From assembly GCA_965153355.1 (NCBI GenBank), contig OZ231126.1:24180001-24244000 (forward strand): a stretch of 64,000 bases of DNA, read 5' to 3'. The translations under genes were made by a program, and so were the position numbers. Source of the stretch: Flaccisagitta enflata. Its lineage: Eukaryota. The notes beneath the pieces are model-generated. The model was not told where the DNA came from. It ran no database searches and worked only from the letters and a program-made list of their open reading frames with translations. Positions 13,601 through 28,271 of this stretch are shown piece by piece (the first letter of the stretch is position 1; every line of letters begins with the position of its first letter).

Positions 13601-14839
13601 TTATGAGTCCTTTAGGTCCTCTGGATAAGTCATCAGGGGTCTTCAGCCTTCTTATCTAGTTCTGCTGCACTGATGAGGGAAGCTAAACAGATAACTAGAC
13701 CCTTCATTGTCAAAGATGGCAACAAGATAAAAATGCTTAAATTTTTGGGTCAGTTTTTGCCTGCTTAAGCCTTTAGGGAGCATCTAGGGGCTCTCTTGAA
13801 TGGGCTCCCTTGAGGGGCCCCTGACTTTTTTTGTTGCTCCAAACTAGGTGACAGTATCTAACATAAAATTATCTCTAATAACATTTCAAGAGAAGAAACA
13901 ACTCCTAAAACCCTCATTTTTTAGCCATTTTCAGCTATTTTTTTATATTTGGGGTCTTTTGAGGACCCCGGAGGATCCCAACAGGGACCCCATCAGCTAC
14001 TTCTCCTTATTTTATGTTCTACTACCTAAATATCTTCAAAATAAGATTGTCTGAAGATTTTAATATCAATTTGTCAAGGAATAGTAAAGAAAACAAGATG
14101 AACAATCGCAATTTGCATTGTTTTTGGTAGTGCTTTGCACCCCCAAAAAGAGGGGGGAACTAAAAGTGCTCCTCGGAAGAGGGAAATGGGAAATATGGCC
14201 CAATCTTTTTTTTTTTCTCAAAGTAGACATAAAAAGTAAACTTTTCACAAATGCAAATCTTTCTATGACCAAAAAAAAAATTTTCACCCCCATCTATTTT
14301 TGGCGTTTATTGCGATTTTTGCATTTTTCTGCTTTAGTCAAATAACTATATGATGTTCAAAGCAGCATTTTTCAAAAAACACTATAAACAAATAAAGCAG
14401 TCATTTTGGTCAAAGAGGATGTCGATGGTAAATTTTAGAAAGAGATTTTAGACTTTTATTGAACTGCATCTTATCTGGGATGTCCTAATAAAGGGTCTCT
14501 TAGAAAGTAAATTATACTTAATCTTTCATAAAGTTGGTATTTGAGATTACATCAAAAAGCATGTCTGATTTGATCTAGATAGACCCTCACTTACTTTGTA
14601 AAGTCCAACAAGGCCCAAGCATGATTTAATCTAAATTGGATCACAATCACTCAACTCTTTATACCTTTCCCCTCTTTCTCCTTTTTTTTTATCCCTTTTT
14701 TTTTCTTTTTTTTTTTTTTTCTTCTCTTTTTTTTTTCTTTTTTTATTGTTTTCTTTTTTCTCCTATTTTTTTCCTACCAGTCTCCTCGCCCCCCTAGCCT
14801 GGGCCCTTTTCAGAGGGGGACCCTCTCTCCACGGCCCTG
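4606..14839. mobile_element. 10.2 kb non-autonomous hAT-like, foldback-type DNA transposon inserted in a (CT)n tract
   Basis: Perfect 16 bp TIR CAGGGCCGTGGAGAGA (4606-4621) and TCTCTCCACGGCCCTG (14824-14839). Flanks are ctctctct on both sides, compatible with an 8 bp TSD but not diagnostic. Long imperfect inverted arms ~4900-5900 vs ~13450-14500. No transposase ORF. Confidence 0.8.
5309..13767. repeat. Three head-to-tail tandem copies of a ~2.8 kb unit, each with internal inverted arms
   Basis: Marker aattgagatt at ~5309, ~8152 and ~10962; tatcatacctcaattatcatac at ~5941, ~8783 and ~11603; agtaaatcaatcaatcatcc at ~7861, ~10673 and ~13494. Within a unit, ~5500-5900 is inverted at ~7500-8130. 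Confidence 0.92.
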
Positions 14840-14915
14840 CTCTCTCTCTCTCTCTCTCGCTCGCTATTGCGCTCTCTCGCTCTCGCTTTCGCTCTCGCTT
14901 TCGCTCTCGCTCTCG

Positions 14916-15004
<89 letters not shown>

Positions 15005-15510
15005 AGCCATTCTATCAGGCTAATGGAGGCAAAATTGCTCTCTCATTGTCGCGCTCCACAAAAGCTTCTCGTAAATTCTCGTTGGCTGAAACCTTTTGTT
15101 TTGGGTGGTAATTGCAGGAAAAAGAGGAAAGGTGTCGCTGCCTGTCTAAATCCTTCTCTTAAATTACGCCACCTGCAATTTGAAGGTGGTTTTGGCCAGT
15201 CTGTACACTTGGTTTATCTATTTTTCTGTCTTTAGATCTACCTGGTATCGTGTACATATGTCATTAAAATGAGCCAACTATCTTACAAATTCTCACCTGT
15301 TTCTCACTCTAAACTTCCAGATTTTGGCCCGAGTTTAAGACGGGCAGCTGAGGCTATCCACCGCGGCCAGCCGAACCCACTTCTGAAAGAGAGTAAAAAG
15401 AGGCAATTGCTATGGAGAGTTACACTTTTACTGACAGTATGATATGAGTATTCACACACACACACATACACGCGCGCACGCACGCAAGCATACACACACA
15501 TTCACACGCG

Positions 15511-15623
<113 letters not shown>

Positions 15624-16277
15624 CAAGAACAAAAGTCGCCGCAAAAATAATCGGTTACACTGCAACCACAGATGAAACATGAATCTGGTGCTCGAAGCAT
15701 TTTAATGGTTGTCTGCCGACATCAGACGCTGGCTGCGTGTCTACGTGCATTTTATCCACTTTTGATGAAGAATATTCCCCTCAACAAAGGTTGCTTTTTA
15801 TTCATCTATTGATTAATTTTTAGAACAAAAAAATTTGAAAAACTAGAATATCAATTTACGCGCATTTTTTGGTTTTTTTTTTTTTTTTTTGCCCGTTGGC
15901 ACGTGGAGTAAAAACGCGCATTTTCGCCCCTGCCACTTTGTTCGCGACTGTCCTGTAACCCCCGCGTTACCTGATTTAACCCGCATATGCAATATTGTGC
16001 ATTTTGCACTCACTACTTTTTGTCGCTGACTACTATTTCTCGAGTTCTGGTCACACATTTACAAACATCCATCACAGTCATGGTTGTACACAAATTCGCA
16101 TTCATGTGCCCAGCAATACCCGGGTTTTGTAAAACATGTTAAGTTGAATATCTGTAGGTTATGTAAACATACTGAACATACCTGTCTGATAGGATGCGAG
16201 GGAACGGTACCGGCTTTGGGCCATTGGCTTGTCGTGGAAAGCCCGGGGAAACTGAAAGTGTGGCAAAGGAGGGGGGC

Positions 16278-16374
<97 letters not shown>

Positions 16375-16769
16375 CAAAGGAGAAACGGTAGCAGAGGGGA
16401 AAGAAAGGAAAAAAAGATAATTTGCATAATTATGCAGCTGGCTTTTTCGACCCGTAGAGGACAAGGAGAAAAAAAGGACTAGTACCAGTTGCGATCGTAT
16501 TTTTAGCTTAGAGGACGTTGAAAGTTGCGGAAAAACATGGGGTTTTGTGCAGTTGTGCACTTGTGCAGTACACGCGTCACGTACTTGCAACAAGCGGTAA
16601 TGCTTAATATTTTCTATAACTGCAGATACTTTGCCAAAGTAACGGTGACGATTTTCGATGCCAATTGATTCACTCATTCCCAAAACATAGTCCTGTTAAT
16701 ACGTTATAATTGTGTCAGTCATGATTTGATTAATGTAACAAATAAACAAATAACAACAACAACAAACAA

Positions 16770-16912
<143 letters not shown>

Positions 16913-17261
16913 AACTGACAAAACGACAAGCTGCTTGGCATACCGCATCTCCTTTTCCGCCCTTGCTAAGATGATTCACTTTTCTATCCCAAGAAAGTTC
17001 ACTTAACTACCAAAGCTTTAACATTAGCATCGATCATTAAGACTTTTTTTAAGGCGTCTCGATTTACTTAATAATCTTTGGATCCAATTTCACGCTTAAC
17101 GAAATCACTTCTGGCCCATTCCATAGTGAAAAAGTGCAATTCTAACCAGTAACGCGGGGTTACTGTATCTACGCGGACGGGTGGGTAGGGGCGTACAACC
17201 CCCCCCCCCAACCGCCCCCTGCTCCCCCTTCCATATCCTCCCTCCACACTCCCCCTCCCAG

Positions 17262-17445
17262 TTTTTAGTCGCGGTCACGCAAATCTACACCTTGCTGTGT
17301 CGGTCGGTATGTCCGTCCTTCCGTCCGTCCGTCCGTCCGTCCGTCCGTCCGTCCGTCCATCACATTTTTGAATGCCGAGTGGTTTTCGCATTACTGCACC
17401 TGCCCAATCGTGCGCGATTGAATTGCCGTGTATCCGGCCTTGTTT
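17262..17445 (+). mobile_element. Helentron/DINE-1-like short element
   Basis: tttttagtcgcgg...(gtcc)n...tgccgtgtatccggccttgttttt. Confidence 0.65.
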
Positions 17446-17759
17446 TTGAATAATTGAAAACTAATGCCATGAAGACTGAATTCAGGCATAGCATTGTTGA
17501 AGAGACAGAATTAATCTCTCATGAAATATACCACCTGACCCTTAGATATGTAAACACTCATGTTGCATGCGGTTGCGTGTAATTAATTTCCCTTACAAAA
17601 TTTCCTAAGCACCCAGCATCTCCCAAATGCACTGGATGGGCTTCTGGCTCCAGACTTTCATTTCCATGCAGAGACACTTTAACCTCGCTGCTGAAATTGA
17701 AAGACCATCGAATTAACGAGGCACCACATGCAACCATTGATACAACATTGACAATTTGC

Positions 17760-18265
17760 CACTGCAGGCAACTAAGCAACTAAGCATTAAATGCAACGAT
17801 AGATACGAGGTCGATTATTTGCCACCGCAGGCAAATCAGCAAATGAATATCAAATGCAAGGAAAGATACAACATCGATTATCTGCTGCCGCAGTCCGCAA
17901 GCAACTAATGGATAGATATAGATTCAATGTCGCTTAATTGCCACCGCAGGCAAATAAGCAAATGAATATCAAATGCAAGGAAAGATGCAACATCGATTAT
18001 CCGCTGCCGCAGTCCGCAGTCCGCAGGCAACTAATAGATAGAGATGCAACATCAATTATTTACCACCGCAGGCAAATAAGCAAATGTTCATCAAATGCAA
18101 GGAAAGATACAACATCGATTATCCACTGCCGCAGTCCGCAGGCAACTACTGGCAAGATACAACGCCGATCGTTTGCCAACGCAGGCAAATTAGCAAATGA
18201 TCATCAAATGCTTGGAAAAATACAACATCGATTATCTTCTGCCGCAGGCAACTAGAAGCAAATGA
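17760..18265. repeat. Tandem repeat with ~120 bp period (about four copies)
   Basis: ccaccgcaggcaaat(c/a)agcaaatgaatatcaaatgcaaggaaagatacaacatcgattat recurs at ~17821, ~17940, ~18062 and ~18175. Confidence 0.85.
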
Positions 18266-18847
18266 GAATCCAGACGTTATATCAAGACTTAGTATACCAA
18301 CGCGAGACTTGGGCCAACAACGTGCTTTATACCCTCTTGTATTGGGAGAAACAGGGACTCGCCGACATTTATTTCAATGCTTAACGAGTTCACACTTTCA
18401 AAGCCGACCAACGTGGTTTTGATCACTATCATCATTGATCACCGTGCTGCCTAGCTGTGATAGGTAGGAAAAAATGACACAGCATACCCACCTGTTCTGG
18501 AGTGTTATATACAACTAGACAGATGTCCCCATGCGTGAGACCAAAAATTCTGTTTGGATTTTTACGAGAAAACGCCGTTAAAAGCCGTAAAATGCCGTAA
18601 AATGGGCATTTTTCACCATTTTTTTAGTATAATGAGCTAAAAAGTAGCCAAGTTAGTCAGGAAATGGTCAAACATAATTGATATGGCACTGAGACACAAT
18701 CACGCAAAAATTTAGGCCAAGCAGCCATCATTTGATATCACTTAAAGCCGTAAAATGCCGATAAACTGGCATTTTCAAGCATTTTTTGGAAGTTACTCTC
18801 TTTTATCGCAGGACAGTAGCTTCAAAAATGCCAGAAAAAGGGTATTA

Positions 18848-19656
18848 CAGCCGGAGACCCTAGAAAAGCTGATTTTTCAGCTTTTGCTTTTTTTTCAATT
18901 TTTCCTTAACTTCTCTTGGCTAAATGAGCTCATTGTGTAAAAAAATTGCGGTTATTAACTCAATTTTAGCATTTTTTCTGAAATCATGAAAAAAATTGGG
19001 TTCAGATGGCACCTTTCAATTTTTCTCATTTTTGGCTTACAGATAGATTTTGAGACAAGGAATTCATCTAGAATGTCACATCCTTTAGCACTCATCAATG
19101 AATAGAGCCAAACCATGCTTTGTAAATATTTCAAAGCCTGTGAAATCAGTGGAGCCCAAAGCGAGTCTCGTTGCAGAGCCTGCTGAATTCCTGAGCTGTG
19201 CCCAGAGTTGAGCCTGAGACCCTGCACAGGAGAGGTAAGTCCCCAAAAAGCCTAACTGAGCTTTTTTGAAAAGCTCAGAATTGAGCTTTTGAGCCTCAAC
19301 AACTTGGGGTGTTAAAGCTTTGGGCTTTATTTAAAAGCGCGTTTTGACTTATATATTGATGAGTGCTAAAGGATTTGACATTCTAGATGAATTCCTTGTC
19401 TCAAAATCTATCTGTAAGCCAAAAATGAGAAAAATTGAAAGTTGCTATCTGAACTCAATTTTTTTCATTATTTCAGAAAAAATGCTAAAATTGAGTTATT
19501 AACCGCAATTTTTTCACACAATGTAGCTACAGACCATGGATCCATGACAAAAAAGAAATTAACCCACTCAATGAGCACATTTAGCCAAGAGAAATAAAGG
19601 AAAAATTGAAAAAAAAGCAAAAGCTGAAAAATCAGCTTTTCTAGGGTCTCCGGCTG
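18848..19656. mobile_element. Palindromic MITE with ~250 bp arms and TA TSD, apparently nested in an older repeat (~18560-19960)
   Basis: TA|CAGCCGGAGACCCTAGAAAAGCTGATTTTTCAGC ... GCTGAAAAATCAGCTTTTCTAGGGTCTCCGGCTG|TA. Arms 18848-19099 and 19355-19656. Both flanks share gccgtaaaatg sub-repeats. Confidence 0.85.
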
Positions 19657-19990
19657 TATTAGGTGCTAAGACAAACATGTTTCAAAGTTTCTCAACACAG
19701 CATTGCAATTTGGCCTCATCAAAATCCTGTAAAAAGTCGTTAAATGCCGTTAAAATGGCATTTTAAACTTTTTTTACAGCATTAATGCTCGTACAACTGC
19801 TCTGTTGGTCAGAAATCAGTAAAACCATGATGGGTTGGAGCTAAAATACATTCATCCAGATATTTTAAGCAATTCAGAACAATTTCAGGTTGTATAAATG
19901 ATATTGGAAGGCCAGATGATGCCGTAAAAATGGAATATTTGACACTTTTCAGGGTAGTAATTGAGACAGTTAGGTCAATATCATCTCTAA

Positions 19991-20058
<68 letters not shown>

Positions 20059-20152
20059 GTGTGTGTGTGTGAGTGTGTGTGTGCGCATTATATGTGCATG
20101 TATATTTGTGTTTATATGCGCATACGTGCATATGCTGGCTAGCCTGTATGTT

Positions 20153-20267
<115 letters not shown>

Positions 20268-20731
20268 ATGTGTTTAGTTACTTATGCAATATAATACTTT
20301 GCTGAGTTAACTAAGTTTCAAAACCAGAATATAGGAATAAGGTGTTTGATAGTAGTACGGAACTCTTGATCAGGCCAGCATTCCGAGGCTCTGCTTGCAT
20401 CGCTCCCACCGCATGTTCCAAAGAGCAATCTCTGTACACACTTACAAAGGCACACACACACACACACACACATGTGCGCACTCACGCTACGTAAAAATTA
20501 GTCATGCATCTTACGTGCACACAATTCCTACGCCGCAGACACACACACATACACACACACACACATAAGGATAAAGCGCACTAACGACGAAAACATACAC
20601 CTCACGTGACACACCTACGCGCACACACTGAATATACACACACACAAACACACACACACACTCTCACACACATATGCACAGGCACTACACACAGATTTCA
20701 TACATAAATGCAACATGTATGATAGAGTTGC

Positions 20732-20812
20732 AACGAATATTGTATCCATTTAACACAAACTCACGTGTACAACAGGCGATAACGACAGCTGGACACCGGA
20801 AAGAGCACGCTG

Positions 20813-20909
<97 letters not shown>

Positions 20910-20938
20910 AGTCTGCAGTGTCTGTCCCTCTACGAGCC

Positions 20939-21028
<90 letters not shown>

Positions 21029-21158
21029 CGTTTATCTGCTTTCAGCATATTCGATGAGACTTTGTCTAGACGGGGCCAGACACAAGCTCATTTACATCTC
21101 TGCGCGTAATCACTTCAAAGTGAATGGCGAATTTTTGCCGTTCCTCCTTCAAATACGT

Positions 21159-21256
<98 letters not shown>

Positions 21257-22238
21257 GTTACATCAGGGCCAACCCTCCTCGTAATAATGACCACTGAGGC
21301 TGACGAGACTTAGAAAACATTTAGTATCTTTTAAACGGTCGAAAGCTTCGAGACTTTTGCGACTGGGTTTTGGGTATTAGTTGTCAGTTACGATATCACT
21401 GATCATCAACTTGTTCTTCTCGCCCTCCTTTCTCACTTAAGTTCAGGTTGTTGACCGTATTTAAGTTGTAAAACAATTCATTTTTCTTCAAAACAAATTG
21501 ACCAGTGAACGATCGATCGATCGATTGGTTTGATCGATCAGGGTTGCTATTGCATGACTAAAAGGTGCTCTGAAGAGCTTTGTGTGAATTGGCTTTACAG
21601 TTATCCAAAGGTCTTACGATGGTCAATTGTTGTTTCAAAGATGCACGTCTCTGATTGTGGGCCTAAAAACAGGGCATATGAAAGGAAACATAAAGACTAA
21701 GAAAAACATTCAATACTGCGCCACCAGACAGTCAAGTAAAAAGACGGGCTGGCAGACAGGTAGGCATATAGGCTGACGGAGACATAGGTAGGCAGATAGG
21801 TTGATGAACTGACCAGTGGGTAACAAGGCAGACAGACAGACAGACAGACAGGCAGACAGATAGACATACACAGAGACAGACAGACAGACAGACAGAGCAA
21901 TGACCCAAGTCGATTATGGAACGGGTTTGTTCCATGTTATTTCATATTTGAGTTTCTATCTTTGGGGCGAACGCCAACCAGCCAAGCGGTTGGTCGGTCG
22001 GTCGGTCGTGAGGTCGGGCCGGGAAACCGGCTGGAAGAACCGGCAGAAAAAGAACCGGCAGAAAAACCGGCCGCAAACTCGGCCGCAAACTCGGCCGCAA
22101 ACTCGGCAATATCTGCGCTGCGAGTTTCGCTTCGACTGAGTCAGACTCAAACTCATTTATCTCGATCACGACTTTTGCCTCTGATCTGCCGCCGATTCGA
22201 CAATTCGCAAATACAGCAAAAGTTCCGCTCGCGGTTAG

Positions 22239-22294
<56 letters not shown>

Positions 22295-23082
22295 CTCTCT
22301 CCTTGAGGCTTTAGATTCTCGTTTAGTTCTAGTTTTAACATCGTCCTAACCTTGTTTTAGGGTTTTATCCCCGTGTTAGCCTCATTCAGGAATGTTTGAT
22401 CTGAAGAGTTGTTCCTTTCCTAATTCCTAGAGCCATTATTGATTTACACCTCCAAAGAAATTAGTCTAATATCTTCCTAGCCACCTGAAAACGTACTTAA
22501 TGTGCCAATATTACGAAAAAAAAATGTCCAAAAATTCTTCAAAATCACTGTTTGATTCTCTTTTACGAGGAGGATATTTTTGACCATTTACTATCATTTC
22601 CGTCATAGACTCATACTTCACCTAATCACGTTTTTTTAGACCGCAATAAGATCGCCATAAAGGAGTTACCCAAATGAGTGGAGAGGAAAAAAATCAACAA
22701 CTCCAATAATACAAATGCCTCGATAAATCCAAACATGGTCAACGACAGTGGAGTACCCTGCTGTGGAGCAGCTTTTAACAACAAGAGACTAAAGAAAAGT
22801 TATGAACAGTAAGAATCGTGGTTGCATGAGAAGAAAAAAGTGAATGGAATACTCTGAATTCATGTCTAGAATGTAATAATGACTACTAGTCGATGCCATT
22901 TGCGGAAAAAATCGAATGAATTAAAATTTCTCCAATAACGATGAAAATGGACAAAATTTTTGTCTGATTTCTCATCAAATTGGAGTGACAATTTTTCTTT
23001 TTTTTTCAATGAACCTCGAATGTAAGGGGCTTTTTCGTCACTTATCAGACATACAATGGGCAAGATGCTCATTTTCTGTTTG
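20732..23082. repeat. Inverted segmental duplicate, arm B (3' flank of the Hox gene)
   Basis: Reverse complement of 47498-49976. Identical ORF translations, e.g. 21697-21900(-) = 48740-48943(+). Differences are microsatellite lengths, a 15 bp indel near 22045 and divergence near 20900-21140. Confidence 0.95.
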
Positions 23083-23610
23083 TTTTTGTTTTGTTTTGTT
23101 TTGTTTTTTTTTTTGATGATCTTAATTGTGACAACTAATGTACGATAAAAGAGAGAAAGGGAAGAGATGGATTATAGATAACGCGTGAGGATGATTTATC
23201 GAGACTAGATGGTGAGATAGAAGATGATGTCCACTATGATAACGATGGTTTTTTGTTTCTGTTGTTCATTTTGTTGTTGTTTTTTTTTTCTTGACAAGGA
23301 CATGTAGTGTTTTTTTTTTCTTTACTTTATTTTTCGTCATTTTTCACGAAGGTTTTTTTTTTTTGGTTGTCATTTTTTTTTTCAAAATAAGAAGATGAGT
23401 TGAATCGATCTCTCGGTTTCGAAACAATAAACATCTATTTTACGATTGTTTCTCGAATTTTCGTTGATATTTTCTTTTTTCGTTTAAAGAGATCAATTCT
23501 TTTGTCTTCCAAATTTTTGTAATTGTTAATTTGTGAAATATTTTCTTTTTTGTCGCGTTCTTGATCTTTTGTTTTGTTTTTGTTCATCAGAATACCTGTT
23601 CTCCATTTCT

Positions 23611-23772
23611 TCATTCACCCATGACTTCCCTCTTGCACAATTCCATCTCTGTGAGGCCGTGATGCATGCCTGGATGTCCGTGAGCCATGAGGCCGGGAGG
23701 CATTCCTCCCATCGTCACCCCCAAATGACCAGGACCTGGCATGCCCACGCCCAAGGCCGCTTTTTGCTCTTT
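23611..23772 (-). CDS. Antp: Terminal coding exon of the same Hox gene (homeodomain residues 58-60 plus C-terminal tail)
   Basis: Acceptor (ct)n-ttctcctcaacAG followed in phase 0 by KEQKAALGVGMPGPGHLGVTMGGMPPGLMAHGHPGMHHGLTEMELCKREVMGE-TGA. Splicing restores the expected ...RMKWK|KE... end of the homeodomain. Absent from the ORF track. Confidence 0.88.
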   Translation of the reverse strand, partial: KEQKAALGVGMPGPGHLGVTMGGMPPGLMAHGHPGMHHGLTEMELCKREVMGE

Positions 23773-24773
<1,001 letters not shown>

Positions 24774-25591
24774 ATTGTTATATGTCGGGGAGTCTTACCC
24801 GGAAGAGAGTTGTACAATGTACATGATTCGGCCTCTTTGAGATGCTATACAGCTAACACATTGGGCTCATGCACCTTTTGCCTGTTTGTATTTAGTTTCC
24901 AAGTTTAGGTATGTCAGAGTGTTATTGAGTTTGGGACGGAGAGAGGAGAAGAAATAATGGGGCGGAAGGCAAAGAAAGAGAGGCATTGAGGTTGGGATAG
25001 AAAGGGAAGGAAGGCGAAGAAAGACGGGTAGAGGAGCGGGCATGGAAAGGGAAGAATGGGTGGGTCGGAGTTGGTTATGGTGAGAAAAATGTGTAGGAAT
25101 CCTACTAGGATGCATTTTGACGATTGACCGCGAACACCTTAGTTCCGTGAAACATCAAAGACCTGTGACACATCCCATCCTCCAACTTGAGGTACCGATG
25201 GGCCCGGGACTGCGAGTCTGCGGCTAGCCGGGTGACTTCACCTAGGCTAAATGCCTTCGTCACCCTTCAAATAGTTAAACGATATCCGCAGCTGTCAACG
25301 CGCCTGATTTCCCCGCCAATCAATTTTTAGATATATAAATTATATAAATACTGCGATGAAAAATCTTTTCCTTCAACCGCAGTGCATGAATAGAGTTTTA
25401 TCTGTATTTGTATCATAGCTTGCTATTATGCCTGTAAATGATAATCAGAGAAAACATTTAAAAAATGAAGACATGTGCAACATCTTTGACTCTTGGATGA
25501 GTCAAAGCATTCGACTCTTAATTGGCTTGAAGAATGCGATATGCAAAAATAATTTTTCTCTCGATTATGCGTTGTTGCATTCTTGCTCTTT

Positions 25592-25650
<59 letters not shown>

Positions 25651-25957
25651 AGCAGTACCGGAAACTCGACGTGTTTATTGCTTTATGATCTTTTTATAAT
25701 CGATCGAGTAGAGGAATAGATTTGCTTTGCAGGCGTTGACACTGTGGGAATTCCGTGTTCATGGTGCCAACGATCCTCATGGGCATGATAAAATTCAAGT
25801 CACTGGCGGAAGTCCGATTGTAAAATGTAAATAGTGATAGTGATAGTCATTCAACCACAAGTTTGACAGCCTCATTGATTAGAAAATGTCAAACGGCTCT
25901 TGCAGCGTTTGTTCCGAAACAAGTCACACGATTAGTACTAAGATCGTCGTTTGGTGA

Positions 25958-26113
25958 AAACAAGGTCGGGTACACCGCCAATACCAGTTGCGGACGGGTG
26001 GGCAGGGGCGGATATGCGCGTTTTCACACTTTCCAACTCGTTCACCACGGACGGACGGACCAACGGACGGAAGGAAAAAGCCTCTTAAAGAGTTGCGTGT
26101 CCGCAACTAAAAA
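25958..26113 (-). mobile_element. Helentron/DINE-1-like short element in the Hox upstream intron
   Basis: aacaaggtcgggtacaccgcc...(ggac)n...agagttgcgtgtccgcaactaaaaa. Confidence 0.6.
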
Positions 26114-28271
26114 TCCACATGCACCAAAACTACATGGCAAAAGAAAAGAAGCCGACTAAATATCTAAAAAGAGGGACGCAATTCAAGGTCATTAAGATAA
26201 CTATAACGACGATAGTTCACTATAATTAACGCGATTGTCTTCCGATTTACTGAATGTTTCGCCATTCTATTTCGTTAATCAATTCAGTTCTTGGCATTCT
26301 TCCTCTGATCACTTAAATTTTGTTCCTCTGCCTCAATTATTAATGGTTAATTCCGAATTTCGTCATGCGCGCGAGAAACCCTGACTCTCCACCATTGTAG
26401 AAGTGTCACCGCTTCTTCTGCTGAATTGCATAGGCTCACAAAGGTTGGATAACATACTTAACTATCTGGTGTGCCATACCAAACCAATTATTGCCACACC
26501 GACTGCCCCTATGGGGTCCAAAACAGGGGTAGAACGGTCTATTTGGGCCTGTCCCGATTCTGTCCCTGCAAGCAAAATGCAAGTTTAACCAATCAAAAAA
26601 TGTCAATGGGGGTCATCCCATAGCTTGTAAGCAATCACTATCAATCCATTGATATGTGTAAAAAGTTTCAATTCAATATTTCGACTGTAAGATGACAAAA
26701 AAATGAATTTGAATTATGATACTCTTTCCCTTAATTTTTCTGTCATTTTTTATCAAAAATGAGTAAGGTAAACAATTTTTTTTGTAAGCCTATCTTTATT
26801 CAAACATTAAGCATCTTTTCTTTTTCCATTGCATTAAGGACTAGTTGAAGGACCTTTCCTCCAATTTTCAAGGATTTTTTCCATTTCATTCTAGAGAAAT
26901 AAACATTTTCCTGGAGCGTTACAATTCAGAGGTGCTCCTTGTTGTAGCTGTCACACTTGTGTCACACTATGATTCATACTATGCCACGTCATAGTAACAT
27001 AAGCGACAAAAAATTCATCATCATGACGGGAAAGAAAGTCAAATTCTGTACTTGCACCTAAAATTTCAACTCTTAACTCCAAATCGTTTGGTTACAGTGA
27101 AATTCCAAAGTTGACCACTACAAAAATAAGAATTGAATTGTAACGCTCGCCAACCAAGCCTCGTAGTTAATTCTTTGTTTCCACACAGCGCTTCTCCCAT
27201 AAATGCGCGATGCTTGTAAGTTTTAATGTGGTAAAATTTCTCAAAATTCAAATTCACATATCTCAGGAACTATTTGAGTTAGCCCAATGAAATTTTGCAT
27301 GGTTGATACCTGGATCAAGAAAGGCCTTTACCTAAATTCTGATGCGACTTAAAGAATGTCGAGCAGTCCTACCAGACCAACCAGCCTACCAGATGAAAAA
27401 ATGAAAAAATGGCATAACTTCTAAAATAATTGACCGATCTGGTTGAAATTTTGCATGAAGCTTCTTTTAAAGATTTCTCGTCGATGGCATGAAAGAGAGC
27501 TTTGGGAAAAAAAATTTTCTTCCAACAGCCCACCCAGCCAGAAATGGTACTTATAGAGATTTGTTTAAAAAACGTAAAAAATTCAAATAAACTTCAGAAA
27601 CATGATCACACATGTTTGCTTGTACGTTATCATTAAGAATTTTACTGTCATATTGATTTCTTAATTGTATTTAGCTAATTTTTCAAGTAATAAAATTGCC
27701 AACAATATCTATTTAAGCCTAATTTGCATGAAAAATGAGCTTACTTAAGAAAATCTAAGTATGGATTCATATATAAGAATTAGTAAGCTACATGATGACG
27801 TATGGTTTTGTTCAATTTTCAAACATGTAAAATTGATGAATTTCATCCCGGCCGCGGTTGGTTTAGCGTGACACCAGTCTAGTACCTTTTTCCAGGCCTC
27901 TTGATTGTTCTTTTCTGCCAACAAGCAAAAATTTTCCCCTGAACGCTGCCGATTTAACTTGAGGGTGAGGGTCAGTGGATGAAGGATGGGGTTCATGTTT
28001 TATCGCAGATACCGATGGTTAGTCAATATGGGCCTGACCAGTGACCACAAATCCTTGCCAAGCTAATGATGGCACTCATCTCCTCAAAGGTGCTCAACAT
28101 AGGTATTTGGAGCAGAAAATTCCAACTTACCAGGGTTTTTTTTCATTATTTGTATCATCAATATCCATTTTTTGGCGGAAGGCTTCATGAAACACATAAT
28201 GATGTTGATAATTTTTACATGCGATTGAGATTTTACTTTTTTCAGTTCACAACAAGTTATGCGAGAGCAGT

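Noticed and set aside
17760-18265. Regularly spaced repeats as a CRISPR-like array
   Set aside because: Whole units repeat with no unique spacers, the context is eukaryotic and there are no cas genes.
23326-23331. AATAAA on the minus strand as the Hox poly(A) signal
   Set aside because: It lies in very A-rich sequence where the hexamer is expected by chance; 3' end data are needed.
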